Shown here: positions 36,805-50,465 of the stretch, in pieces | Numbering within the stretch: position 1 is the stretch's first letter | Layout: every line of letters starts with the position of its first letter | Source: Lingula anatina | Lineage: Eukaryota > Animalia > Brachiopoda | Assembly (NCBI GenBank): GCA_051362555.1 | Contig: CM120647.1 | Coordinates: 10,950,651-11,014,650 of the forward strand | Direction: 5' to 3' | DNA length: 64,000 bases | Program-made: the position numbers and the translations under genes | The notes under the pieces: model-generated | What the model was told of the DNA's origin: nothing | Seen by the model: the letters and a program-made list of their open reading frames with translations, nothing else | Databases searched by the model: none

Positions 36805-39300
36805 GCGCGTCTCTCTCCCGGTCTAGTAGATGGCACTGCACTCTGCAACGGACCAATTTATGGAGTCACGAAGCCAGTTTTGAGATTGCTGCGAAATTTG
36901 GCAGACAGTGGGGAAATACACTGTGTATATAACCCTGCACCTGTTTGTACATGTACTTGTGGTACATATATAGGACATTGTTTTTGCCAAGTACGGTGAG
37001 AGTTTATACGCGTGATAGACAAGCGAGTGCAGTGTAATGTGACATTAACCTCATAACCAGTTGCCAACTTTTCTGGTGATAGGTCCATAAGAGCAAAATG
37101 TGTTTTATATTGAGTACCTCTGCGCTACCTCTTGTTGCAGCTTGTGTGTCTGTGTGTTGTACAGAGGTTATCTATAATAAAGCCATTTTTGAATGTAATA
37201 AGTTATAGGTATAGAGGTTGAGATTGGTTGGACTGCTAGACTGAAGATATACATGTACATGTACAGTGACTGACTCAATATATTTGTCTTATAGGCGATT
37301 CACAACTTAGCGACAACAGACAGAGCATGGCATATTACTTCAGGGTGCAGCTCTGTCGAGGTTTGTAAGGGAATTTCTAAACAATTGTTTGCCATTTGCC
37401 AGAAAAGCAAAAAACTAGAAAAAGTGACAACTTTTGATCGAATAACGAAGACACAAAACGAAGGGATAAGCTTGCAAATGACCTAGACTCAGCGCGAAGA
37501 AAGTTGATTAAAGATTCAATTTAAGAAGCATTCCCATATTTTTCAATAATCTGCAAAATAAAAGTTTTCAAAGGAAATCAACTTTTTAAATGTTTTTTTT
37601 TTGTCATTTCATTATTGTTCTAATCATCATCATCAACAGCAATAAGCATCTGTGCTTAGTTGGCTAATTTAACTTAAAGCCTAGAATGCCCTCGGAGGAA
37701 ATCTTTTGAAACATTTTTCTATTGCCACTGAGAATAACAAAACAGATTCCAGTGGTGGTGAGCGTGAAAAAAGAAAACATTAGTCAGCGAGGGGATATGT
37801 AAAAGGAATGCACTGCAATAGAAATTGCGCTAGAGGCACATTCAGACGCGATCTTTTTCACATCTAACACATTAAAGACAGTTCTACGGTCACTTGATCA
37901 GGTGCCGGCTGTTAGAGGAAAATGTAAGCCCTAGAATAAAAGAAAACCAACCACTGAGATCTTGTTTTCGCGTGAGCCTCTGCATATACATGAGCATGTA
38001 AGCGAAGCACAACTGTTATTTTCTACACTATGTCATGTTCCCCCACCCCGGCGCCACTCACCCCAACCTTGGGTTAAAGTCTGGACCATTTATTCTGCGT
38101 CTTTTCACTGTATGTTATAGTGAATCGTGTTTGCCTTGTGTTTGATGACATGCATACCAAATGCTACAGACCAAAATGCTTTAAGTAGCTAGAGGGTATC
38201 CACAAACGTTTGTGTCGAGAACGAAAATACCGCACTCTTTCCACTAGCTGAATTAAGGGATAAGGATACCATGCGCTTCTGCAAGGGAAAGATTCAAAAG
38301 AGCTTGGTATATGTATATTTATAGTACGTGACAAAACGGACGCAAATAGCACAGGTATGAACCTGACGCAGGTTGCCTTTTATTATAACCAGGTAGTTTT
38401 AATATTTTATTACATACAGTAGGCACGGATAATACTGTCCTCTTGTTTACTTCGGAGAGCAAAGAAGACGTAAAGACAAATGCAACATTTTAGTTACAGC
38501 TTTTATAACACGTATATATAGGTATAATTCTGCTTTAAATTTTTCGTAGTATAATTCAATATTTAAAGGCAGTTTGTAACTCGATGTTTCACATGGTGAC
38601 TGAGATTTCCAGGATTTCACGTGGCGCCATGTGTAATCCCACGTTGCTGCTGATCGATGCTCAACAAATGATTGCGTCGTCAACGAAGAATAAGTATAGT
38701 CATGATGGGTATTATATTTTTATGGTTGACACCGTTTACAATTCACGAGAAGGCCCTGATGCTGGGACTGTAAAAAGCTAGATGCTGATACAATGTTCTG
38801 ATGCACACACCATTGTTTTATACAGGTGTAGGTGCATATGAAGCACTTTCTCACTTAGTAAAATAAAAGTCAATACTTGTGGCGATTCCATCAAGGTTCT
38901 ACGCGTATAACCATTGTTTCATTTGAAAGATGCCGTTTTGCCAGATTCATACGTACGGCACAAGTGTAGGCTAAGACTTAAACGTTTTCTGAAACACTTT
39001 AACCTGAGGAGACACCTCATTTCCAGTTTGCTCTCCCTATCTCTCCTTCTTTCTCTTACTCGTTGATTTTAAAATGTTGTGTCAAATTTGTCAGCATATG
39101 TTCGTCTATGAGCTATCTTAGACTTCAGCTTGCGGTCTCTTAGCCTGAAAGATCGGGGGTAAAACACAGTCAGCAGTACGTTGTATTAGTAGGCCAGGTG
39201 TTTGATATGGTACCTGTAGGCAGTAATGGATGGTCCAACAGCAATACTGTATAAGATCGGCGCAAAAAACTTATATCACAGTTAGGAGGTGATACTTATA

Positions 39301-39936
39301 TCACTTCAGTAATCTCCACAACGGAACGCCCTTCCGTTGCCTTGGCGGCTCAGCGTTTTCGTCAGTCTTTTTGGTTCCTTCAGTTTTCCCTCCTCTGGAA
39401 GTTTTGCCTGTGTTTTTGCTACCTTTGTCTTTCTGAGGAGTGGTCTGCGCAGGCGCGGGCTCCTCTTCCGGATCCGGGGCATGTTCCTCAGGTGTCATAA
39501 AACAGTTTCTACACACGTTCTTTTTCCAGGCGCTAGGCTCGAATTTTTCACACGCCTTCGGCTGATCTGATTCTAGTTCCGGTTCCGGTTCGGGTTGAGT
39601 TACTTCCTGTATCTTTTCCTTTGCTTTAGCAGCCTCCCCATTGGCTTTTTGTGTGTCCTCATGCTTTGCTTTGCCGTTTTTCTTTTTTAGAGGGTCACCC
39701 CACGGACTCTTTTTCTCTGGAATTAAGTCTCTGTTTACCTGAAATTTCTTCTTTGGAGTGACCGCTTCGGTTTTCTTTTTCTTGTCCTCCTTTGGTTTCT
39801 CTTCCACCTGAACGGGCGCTGGCTCTGCCGGCTCGTGTTCGCTCTCAGGTTTGAAGCAAATGTTACACACCCCCTTTTTCCACGCGTGTGGCACATACTC
39901 AGAGCAAGCCCCCTCCTCTTCGTCCTGGGAGCTCAT
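39301..39936 (-). CDS. 211-aa protein with two C-x12-CxxC-x6-H-like motifs (CxxF/YxPxAWKxxxCxxCFxxxxEH) and K/E/P-rich linkers; paralogous to the SOGA-like N-terminus
   Basis: Coding-like composition; motifs CSEYVPHAWKKGVCNICFKPESEH and CEKFEPSAWKKNVCRNCFMTPEEH; candidate 67-nt 5'UTR intron 40009-39943 (CAG|GTAATT...cttttatAG). Confidence 0.75.
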   Translation of the reverse strand: MSSQDEEEGACSEYVPHAWKKGVCNICFKPESEHEPAEPAPVQVEEKPKEDKKKKTEAVTPKKKFQVNRDLIPEKKSPWGDPLKKKNGKAKHEDTQKANGEAAKAKEKIQEVTQPEPEPELESDQPKACEKFEPSAWKKNVCRNCFMTPEEHAPDPEEEPAPAQTTPQKDKGSKNTGKTSRGGKTEGTKKTDENAEPPRQRKGVPLWRLLK

Positions 39937-42900
39937 TTTTCTCTATAAAAGAGAGTTAATTCTGAGTCCAGCGTCTTTAAAAGCTATCAGGGACGTCCGA
40001 GAGAATTACCTGATACGAGGCCCAGTCCTGTTAATTCTCTGATGTTTTAATGACTGCCTCCAGGTGGGTAAATGGAGTTAGCGCGGGACGGATCCTCTCT
40101 CAAATATGAAATCTGTACACGTCTGGTCCTCGGTAATAAAGCTTAATATTGCACTCAGAGTGGTAAATATGGCGGAATATTTAGAACAGCTTTCAGTTCA
40201 GAGCTCCACTTCAAACCTGAATGCAATCCATAGCCAAGAACTAATGCTGCAGGTATGTCGACTATTTTTGGACGGGAGCTTTTCTGTAAAGGTCATGCCA
40301 TTTGACGTCATCACTTTGCCGGCCTACACGCAGTTCCAAATTATTGTCCTTTACGAGAATTTAATCATCGCAAAAACTCGGCAAAATGAGATTTATAGCA
40401 CTCGTCATTGGTTTGAAAAAGCACGTACCAGACCCCTCTAGAGGCAGACGACGGTTTCCATGCTGCTCGTCAGCTGCCTCTGTTTGATCCGCATTGCCAT
40501 ATACGGTAAGCGCGTACACATCACGGCCCACCTTGAAACATGAGAGGCGGCAGCAATGGATGAAAGAGGCAACGCACTCGGCTGCCAGAATTACGGACGG
40601 AGCGTTTGCACAGTTACAGCGCAAAGAAGTAGCTAATACAGTTCGAGGCTTTTGTGCAATGTTTAACATGAATTTTATCGCGAAAATAACTTGGTTTTTA
40701 TTCATAAAACGAAGGAGACATAAGTAACTTTAAAGTGGTGTTACAAATAGTAAGAGAATTTTCTAACCATGTTATAATTTTGCGTATTTAACGTTCTTCA
40801 AAATACACGTATCTGACGTATGAGTATTACCTTGTCAATACCATCACTCTGAATAAAACTGGATACACCCTGTTTATTTTTTGGCGATACTTAATCTATG
40901 GCAAAAATAAATCAGCTGTTGCTGTTGTTATTCCCGGCGATAGCATTTAACCTTTGATAAACCACTTCCTTACCTCTCCACATGAAAGCTATGTGGCACG
41001 TGCACCAGGTAAAAAAGCTTGAAGAAATACTACACGGAGATGGAATGTGTTTTATATAAAAGCAAACCCTTTGCATTATACAAGTCCAATGTCTAGCTAT
41101 AAATGCTTTTGGGTTTATCTCCTTCGATCGTCTTTTTGGCACTTTTTACATGTATATGTCAGTATTTACATGTATGTGTTTATTGATTTTTTGTCACATT
41201 TAGGTGGTGTTCCTTCTTTTCACCGATGGTGCTTGTATGTGCTTATATTCCGGAAAAAAATCCTATCACAAGAAGGAACATAAAACGTTCGGTTAGTTTC
41301 AGCACGTCGAAGAGATTTTTCTTAATGTAAGCAGACTAGAGTTTAACCTATATTTAAAGCACATGAGCGTGACTAATCTGCAGTAGTTTTTAGACCAAGC
41401 GAAAGCCAGTGAATCATTTCACAAACTACAAACCTTGAATGCTAGCTTTACAACCATTCAAAACATAGGAAACGCAGGTGTAAGAGGAACACATCCATGA
41501 TTGTGATGTTCACACCAATGAGAATTTCACTTCGCTGTTTACTATCTATAACCCCAGTAAAATCCTTATGAAACAAACTATTGTAGGCCCCGTAGTACCT
41601 CACACCTAAGACAATCGTACCCTTTTCTCACTAGATTTATACAGATATTTTTCTGGTAATTTGATAGTTGCACGTTTAGTGGTGGGATAATTTCTGCCCA
41701 ACCTTGACTTCATCACTCCACTGAGCTGTGACAGTGCGTAACACAATCTATATGCTCTCTCACCTAACACAATATACGCTCTCGCGTCTAACTCAACGCA
41801 CATGCAAATTCCCTGTATAGGCCTATTGTGCATTGCCCAAAAAGTTGAAGTATAGTTTAAACCACTGTATTAATAGGGGTCGTACATGAGAAAGATTCTC
41901 GCACTGCTATCCTCAGTCCCCGCATCTGCCCTTCCTTTTCCGCCCTTTCCCCCCTCTACCCATACCTTTTCCGCCCTTTTTCCTCGACTCTATCCAGCCT
42001 TTAATCGCCCCTTTACCCCTACTACCAAGCCTCCTTCCACCATTTACATTATACCTGATGACATGTGTGCACAATATAACACACAGAATGTAATACCGAG
42101 TACAATAATAACCAACAACTGCTCTCTATGCATTATGCAACACGCCGCTGGGGGCATCTTGGCCCCTGCCGCGTCTACACAGGACTAGCCAGGGCTTTAG
42201 GGGTTCCGATCCACGTTCACAGCTAGATTGCAAGAGGGCAAATGAGCAGAACGATTCACAACTTCTAGTTCCGTATTCGCACTTTCAATGTGAACATGTT
42301 ACAAAGACGTTATTACTAAAGTGTATTACGTTACGATAATATTTGTATTATTACTGATGCATCTCTGAAGATCTACTTGACAGATGTCATATATAATCCA
42401 AGCTTTCAGCCCCTAGGCCTTTTTCGGGGTTAATACTTATTTTTTTACTTAATATCTATACGGTGAATTGACATGAATCTTCAAGATAAATATTTGTAAC
42501 TCGGGACACACGATATGCCTTCCAAGTTTACACCCAGTTCACTTTACAATAGTTGTCTTTTTCGGACTTAACTTCCTTAGGAGCGCACCTTACATGAACT
42601 CCGTCTCCGTCACACTTGACTCTATTTAACGATGAAACCAAGATTGGTAAGAAAACACATAAAAAACTGGGTCACGGGGTGCTAGAAAACAATCCCTTAA
42701 ATTAAGAAGCGAATTGCAAAAACAAGCTAAGGTCACCGCCAAGACGTGTTGGAATGCCGTTTGAGAGCAGATTGTTCTGTATGCCGACGTTATACGACTT
42801 TATTAAAATAGGCTTCCAGGGCAGATATATATTATATAAAACATGGACATAGTTCACAGAGTGACAGACCATGGTACATAACAGGGAAATAAGCGAAGTT

Positions 42901-43113
42901 TTACCTCGTGTGCAGGGTAGTAAATGTATGACCGAGTGCCGTAAATACAGGAGACAGGATTGGCGGTCACGGATCTAGAGCTGCCGTATTTACAACTTTC
43001 TTTACATGTTATTTCAAGGCGCACCTTGACACGGAAAAAATACATATATATAGTTCCAATACAGTAGACTGTTGGTAGTCGTACCGGACACTAGTTCCTG
43101 GTCACTTCTGAAG

Positions 43114-43165
43114 ATGTTTTTGCTAGGAGTTTATGCGGTTTGCTTGGCGTCACAAGTAACAGCAG
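43114..43165 (+). CDS. DUF885 exon 1 (signal peptide MFLLGVYAVCLASQVTA)
   Basis: ATG, hydrophobic stretch, G|GTACGT donor phase 1 matching exon 2. Confidence 0.75.
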
Positions 43166-46100
43166 GTACGTTGCTTGCTTACCTGTGAATTAATGGCGTA
43201 ATATTTCATAGCATTTATAGAGGTTTTATAGACTTCACCGGGGACATTTCTTTCTAAAAAAATATCAGTGGTAATTGAGCGTCAGACAGCGCGGCAAACG
43301 CATAACGTTATTATAACGTTACCATAACGATTATATAATTAAAATATGTTATGGTAACGTTATGGCATTGTTCTATGTTTTGCTGGGCAGTTGGAAGGGG
43401 ATGAATGGGCTGGCACGCAATGAAGTAGCACACTGGCCGCTGAATCTCACCTATTTATTTTGAATGGGTGATTTTTGTGCTATGTAATACTGCATGGATA
43501 TCGTATACATATAGGGTGAACATCTGGGTTTAATTTTTCTTGGAGGTTCTAAAGGTTTATCTTATCGGCAGCCGCAGTAATTAATGCCGCATTCAGAACG
43601 AATTGTTCCGCGGACTAACAGATCCGTGGATCAAATATACTTGACCCACTTGAATGCTTGCCGCTGAACCCCCAAATAGACACTGAATAGATTCCCGCGG
43701 GGATTACGCGGTAAGCTTTCAAGTGGATTGGCCATATTTGATCCGCTGATCTGTTAGTCTGTGGATCCACTTTGTTTGTGAATGGGGCCTATCTACTAGT
43801 AGGACATTCTACTATTTGTTTACTAATGGTTCATTGTGTGCATTGTTCAACATGTGGGTACCTCGCACTGGGAAGAACTAAGGTGTGTAGAGTTGTGTAC
43901 ATGTTAGTTATTTACATGAAGGCCTTTTTGGGGACAGTAAGCGGATATTGGTAACCTGTTATTGCTGATAAAAACAACATACTCTTTCACCCTGTTTGAT
44001 CATTTTAAGAAATTGTCCCAGAAAAGAGGAAGGCTATCATTGGTTGTATAACTGCCAAGAAAGTGAATATTCTTGAGAATATCCACGACGTTCTAGCACA
44101 GATGTTTTTCAATTGTAATATACGGATAAAACCCGCCAGTCAAAGTAATGTGTACTTACTCGCTTCTTACAGTTTTCCTATCAAGAGAAAATGTCCGCTT
44201 AGGAACGCTTTAAGATGTCATGTTAAATGGACGTTGGGTATAATGATTTATTTTTACAAATTTTAGAAAGTCCCAGGGAGCGGCTGAAATCTCTGAGTAA
44301 TGATTACTGGACCTTTCGAATGAAGATAGAGCCATCTGTCGCCACTTTTCTTGGGGACTACAGCTTCAACGGTGATTTACGTAACTACACGCATGCGCAG
44401 TTTGATGCAGATAAGGTACAGTTACATAATGATGATGTTTGTTTACTTGCTTGTGTGGTTATATATTTTTATATGTTCATCTGTTTGATGCAGCATAGTG
44501 GAGTTCGTGCTCATAACCTAAGTCAACAAAGTTCATTGTTAACTCTCATAATTCTTGTTCAGCTAATGCACTAGCTATCGATACATTTTGAAGCCGAATA
44601 ATAGAAACACTCTCAAGATACAGTGTATATTCTACATGCATATATTTGTGTGAAAAAAGCAAATCGATTGGCAAATAACAGTAAATTTTCAGTTCAAAAA
44701 CCCACCCCGACCACCCACCCAAAGGAGAAAGAAATAAAAAGATATGCTCTTAAATGGATTATTTGCATGATTTCAGGCTCAAACAGAAGACTTCCAGCGG
44801 AGGTTGAGAGCTATCTCCCGCAGAGATTTGTCCCGTTCTGACAGAGTAACTTATGACTTGCTGCAGAACATCTTTAAAACATTCATAGACGGATATGAAT
44901 GGCGCAGGTAGTGTTCATTATTATAATTTTTTTAAATTTTGAAGTAGTCTTTGCCTTGGGTTACATATCAGTCAACAATGAGTCCCTTGATTTAAAAGTT
45001 AAGCTTTGTATTTATTGACAGCTACCTACTAGGATGCTTTTTTACTATGGGCGCTTAAGGTTAGAAAAATAGCAAAATGTTCCTAGGTATTTTTATTTTT
45101 ATCAGAATTTTTCTTTTGTGATACTTGAGTCCTGAAAACATTCCTTGTGCCCATGCATGCGTTCACACCCTACACACTAAAAGGAAAAACAACTTTCGTT
45201 CATTCTCAGAAGACTCGGAAGAAATGAAGTTAAATTGGAACCACCAGCATATTGTTGATAAATTGGAAGAACCGTTTTCTCAGATTGTCCTTTTTCTGTC
45301 TAAATTTGTTTTATAGTCCTTGCTTGCGTGTTAAGTAACACAATCGCTTGCCCTGCTCAGGTATTTTAAATTCCAAAGGTGTGCACAAAGAAAGAACTCC
45401 TGTCATGTATGTTAAATTGGTGTCAGACAAGTAAAGTAATAAAAAATAGTCGGAAAAGCATTACGTATTCTGGTGATCGTAGCTCACTATGGAGCTACGT
45501 AGTGATACCTAAACATGAACACTTCTCAACATGTCTGATTGAAATTAGTTAAATCCTTCTTTCTTTTAGTAGGCTTCTTAATCACTGGTGTTTCTTTTCA
45601 GGTATGGGTCCCTAACCCCTGTCAACTTCCTCGAGGGCCCACACAAGCACTGGGGTGTTCTTATAGACAGCACACCTTTCAACACGGAAACCGACTTCCA
45701 AGATTTTCTAAACAGATTGAAAGCGCTCGTCAGACAGGTTTGTTTTGCATGGGAAATTTGTGTAAAATAAAGATATGATTAAATGATAAAATTTGCTGAT
45801 TTCTTCCACAAAAGAATCCAATTAAAATTTATATCGGGTTATATTGTACATGTATTTTTGCTTTCTTTCTTTGTAGCTCTTCGGTTTCTGTGTAAATTAA
45901 AAAAAAATTATGTTTACTGTGCAATGCAAATACATTTTCAGATTGGTGAAACGATAACACTCATGAAGGAGGCCATTCGTTTGGGCAGAACTAATCACCG
46001 TGCGTCTATGGTAAGTGCCTGGTAGATAACATGAGTCCATAAGTTGGAACATTTAGAAGATTTTCTCTTGCCACCAAAGACACAAAGAGGCATTGAAACA

Positions 46101-49100
46101 ATAAAAAAATTCTTGACTCTCGTTTTTTGTTGTTCATTTAATGGCAAACCTACTTATTTCAGAATCGCGTGCCCGACGAAATCACCAGTCAAATAATAGA
46201 TGTTCCGACCCAAAACTCAACATTCTTCAAACCTTTCCAAGGCAGATTAAACGACGCACATAATATTTCAGACGCCACAAAGTAAAATTGTTTTGACACT
46301 GATGGGTTTATTGTTATACAAATACATGTAACTGTAAATGTGCATAGCTTCATAACGTAATTTGTCATTTTAGTCCTACAGTTTATATCATACAATGATA
46401 ATTCAGCTTAATATGTTCTTTTAGATCTTGTTTTTGATTTGATATTCCCCGTTACAAAATGTTCACTAAATAGTTTGTGTAGGGCAAGCAATGATTTACG
46501 TGTATGTACCGGTAAAATGTGGTCTGCTTTTGCACGAAGGTTACGTCTGCGCAGAGATGCTGAGGACATCATTGAGACAATGGTGGTCCCTGCTTTTCGA
46601 AACCTGTCCGACTTTATCTCCCAGGTAAGTTAATGTGAAGTCATCACCCAGGTAAGTTAATGTGGATTATTTATCACGTAGGTAAGTAAATCTGACTTTA
46701 TCATCTACATATAGGTACCGGTAAGCTAATATGAATTAATCGCTCACTCAGGTTATATAGTTATTCTGAATTCGTTACCCATATAAGTTACATGACCACT
46801 GGTAGAAAAAATTCGGTACCAGCGCAATATCATATCGCGGCACAATGATCTACGTTGGTGTTTTTTTTAGGAAAAAGTTATATCATTTTTATATAATAAT
46901 TTATAATACTGATGCACCTATGAAGATCAACTATAAAGATGTTATATGTAATATGTTATGTCTTTATAGTAGATCTTCATAGATGCATCAGTATTATAAC
47001 TCATTTACTCCTTTAAGATCTATACGGTGATTTGACATGAATCATTTTGATATAACTCGAGCATTGTTTATGCTGCAGGAATATCTGCCCAATACAAGGC
47101 AGGGCTATGGAGTAGGTTCACTCGATAATGGCACAGCTTATTATGAGGCCGCTTTGAAGTTTTACATATCGACTGATCAGACTCCGCAGGAAATTCACAA
47201 GCAAGGACTTGAGGAGGTGGAGCGAATTTCTGCACTCATGATGGAGGTAAGTTTATAAAATTCCATTGAAATTGCCAGATTATTTATTTATCTATTTTTT
47301 TGGTTGTTCGTTCGTTCTGTATTTATTTATTTACTTATTTATTTATTTGTCTGTCTTTTGTTTGTTTCTTAATTTATTCACTATTTTTCTATAATCATTA
47401 ATGATCATTACTGGTTAAGCATTTGTGAGAGATGGAAGCAATGTATATTGTGACGAGACAGCAGGGAAGAACAAGTGATGTACAAATGTTGAAACCAAAG
47501 AACTGTTGATATTTTCAGATAATCAAAGAAAATGGTTTTAATGGCACTATCCGAGAATATATTTTAAGCCTAGGGCAGAATCCAGAATTTTACTTCAACA
47601 CTTCAGTAAGCATATATATATATACCTTTTGGATCTATTATATCTATCGTTTTTTAGATTAGTGTACGATTATCTTTCCTCATGCACTGTTTTAGTACAT
47701 ACTGTTAAATTTCTATTTGACAGCACATATTGGTGATTTTATACTTACTGAGGAAGTAATTAAAAACATTATGCGCTTTGCGGAGACGGTTGAGAACATC
47801 CACATATTTGTCTTGAATTTCATGTCCGTTCATTGTCCCGTTCTTCATTTTCAAATCTCCATACGTGCAAGATAATCACTCTGACGTCATTGAACGGGAA
47901 GTTTGACAGACGTTTACGGAATCCGTGGCTCCATATAAGGGCAGCAGTCAAGTATCGATATTTGGAAATGAATAATCGGGCCCGCACTGGCTAAGAAACT
48001 CAGAATAAGAGCGCATTCCCAGAGATTTAGATCGATCCAACTAGATAGACCTAACTCCCTGGGGGTTCACGCTAAATTGCTGTCAGCGGACAGCGCACGG
48101 AAGTTAATTACCCCCTTACAGCTTTTAGAAGGCGGGACAGACCTTTAAACCGGCTAAGCTGACAGTAATCTAGTGAGAGTCCCCACGGGGATAGATCGAT
48201 CTAAAATCTGTGGGAATGGGGTCTTACTCTGTCTTTTATTTAGGAGGAATTGTTAGCTTTTGTGGAAGACATAGTGGAAAACAGAATTCAGCCAAAACTT
48301 AAAGACCTCTTCAAGATAGACCCTGGAATCAAACTCGAGTGAGTTGCGAACAGTCACTGTTGTGATGCATGTACTGTACTAGTACATGTTAAATTAATGG
48401 TTTTAGGCTGAAAAATTAACTCAATGAAAACTCAGCGTTTTATTAATAAAACGTTTCCTTCTTTTATAACGCACCAAAAAGACTCGCAAGTTTGCCATTA
48501 TGTATGTGGCAAAGGTTGCTTTATATTGTAACTCTCTTGATGTATATTTTATCAGAATACGCCCCATGCCGTCCAACGGGCCAGCTGCGTATTATTTCAA
48601 CGGAAACGAGGCTGGCAAGCCCGGTATTTACATGGTGAACTTGTTCAAACCCAAAACAAAGTGAGTAATAAGGTGAATGATTATGCCATGAAAACGAAGA
48701 AATTTACATTAAGTACACTTTTTTATATTTGTTTAATTTTAACTATACACTGACTATACAGCTGGCTGCGCACATGTGTCAAATCTGCCTATCATCTGAG
48801 CTTGTTGTACCAGTACAAATGCACGGCTTGAGTTACATATCATATTAGTTTTGACTGGGCAGATCTATACGATGTAAGATATTGATGTATCATATCTCGC
48901 ACACGCGCGCGCGCAATTGGTGATTTTTCTGAATCATACCAGCTGCAGGGGCACGTATTGTGCCCAGTGGAGTCTAGCCTTCATCTTGAAGATACCACTA
49001 TGTTCAATTTCAATGTTGATTTCTATACTAGTGTACTGTGTCCTGCAACTACTGATAATTCACAGATAATATACAGTGTATTTCTCTCTGCAGGCTGAAG

Positions 49101-50390
49101 CTGGGGTTCATGGCGCTTTCATTGCACGAGGGGAACCCGGGACACCATATGCAGGTACTCTAGTGCTTAATGCATGTAATCACTGACATCTCCGTCCACG
49201 GAAGTGTGACGTCACAGGCAGTAAGTGTGACGTCATAACTGTTTATTTGATCAGAAAGTGAACACGGAGATAACTTAGGATAAGAGTAATTAATTTGCGT
49301 AATTTTTGCCATGTGGATATTATTGGAGTTGCTTAAGAAATTGGTGGTAGTAGTAATATATATGCATTACAGCAAATGTATACAACTCTCTACCTTCCCT
49401 CTCTTACTGCAAGTACAGGTGGGTACCTTTAAATCATCTTTGTTTTAGATGAGTTACGCACTAGTTGCTAACAAGGATTTGCCCAAGTTCCGCCGAAACC
49501 CATTAATTGACGTGTACAGCCGAGCTCCCTTTAACTTTCCGTTCTACACAGCATATAGCGAGGTAAGTAGTTTTTTGATACCACTGTACATTACACACGA
49601 AGATACGGATATACATTGTATTCTCTGTCCATGCCGATTATTTGCTTTTGGTTTTTGTTGTTTTGTAAATATACTTGCCAAACCCTTGCGTCAGTCATGT
49701 TACTCTCTATGTCAGTTACGTCAGGCGCATACCGAAACACACACACACACACACACGCACACACACACACACACACATTGATGAAAAACAAAAAAACAAA
49801 AAACAAAAAAAAAAAAAAAAAAAATCACCCATTTGCATTCAGGCGTTTGATAAAGAAACTACATGTATAACACCCTTAGAACGATATATTGGCGCCTCAG
49901 TAAAATCCCCTGTGCGACAGATTAGTTGTATGGGGCGCCAATGTCATTCCAAGGGCGCCTCTGTTTTTGTTAAATCTAAACAAGGCAACGCAGAGTACGT
50001 TGATGATTGTATATTCTCCTTCAGGGCTGGGGTCTCTATGCAGAGTACCTGGGAGAGGAGATGGGCGCATATAAGGATAACAACGAAATGTAAGCCAATC
50101 TCTAGATCAGTTTTAAGTACCAGTCTTTGTATGAATCAGAAAAAATGACACAGGCATTGGAACATTATCCTCTATTTTTTTTTCAATTTAAGACAAATTA
50201 ATACGTTGATAATAGGAATAATAGAACAGCTATTGAATTTATGATATATTACACTTTTTATTACATTCTATGCTTTTATCACAATTCATAACATATCATT
50301 TCGTTAAACAGGATTGGCCGCTACTCCTATGAAATCTTCAGAGCGGTGCGTCTTGTGGTGGATACTGGTCTCCATGTCATGGGGTATCGG

Positions 50391-50465
<75 letters not shown>

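Noticed and set aside
34563-39306. In-frame splicing of the 211-aa ORF into the large SOGA exon
   Set aside because: The nearest donor (AA|GTGATA) is weak, and joining it to the 34563 acceptor reaches a stop within about 12 codons.
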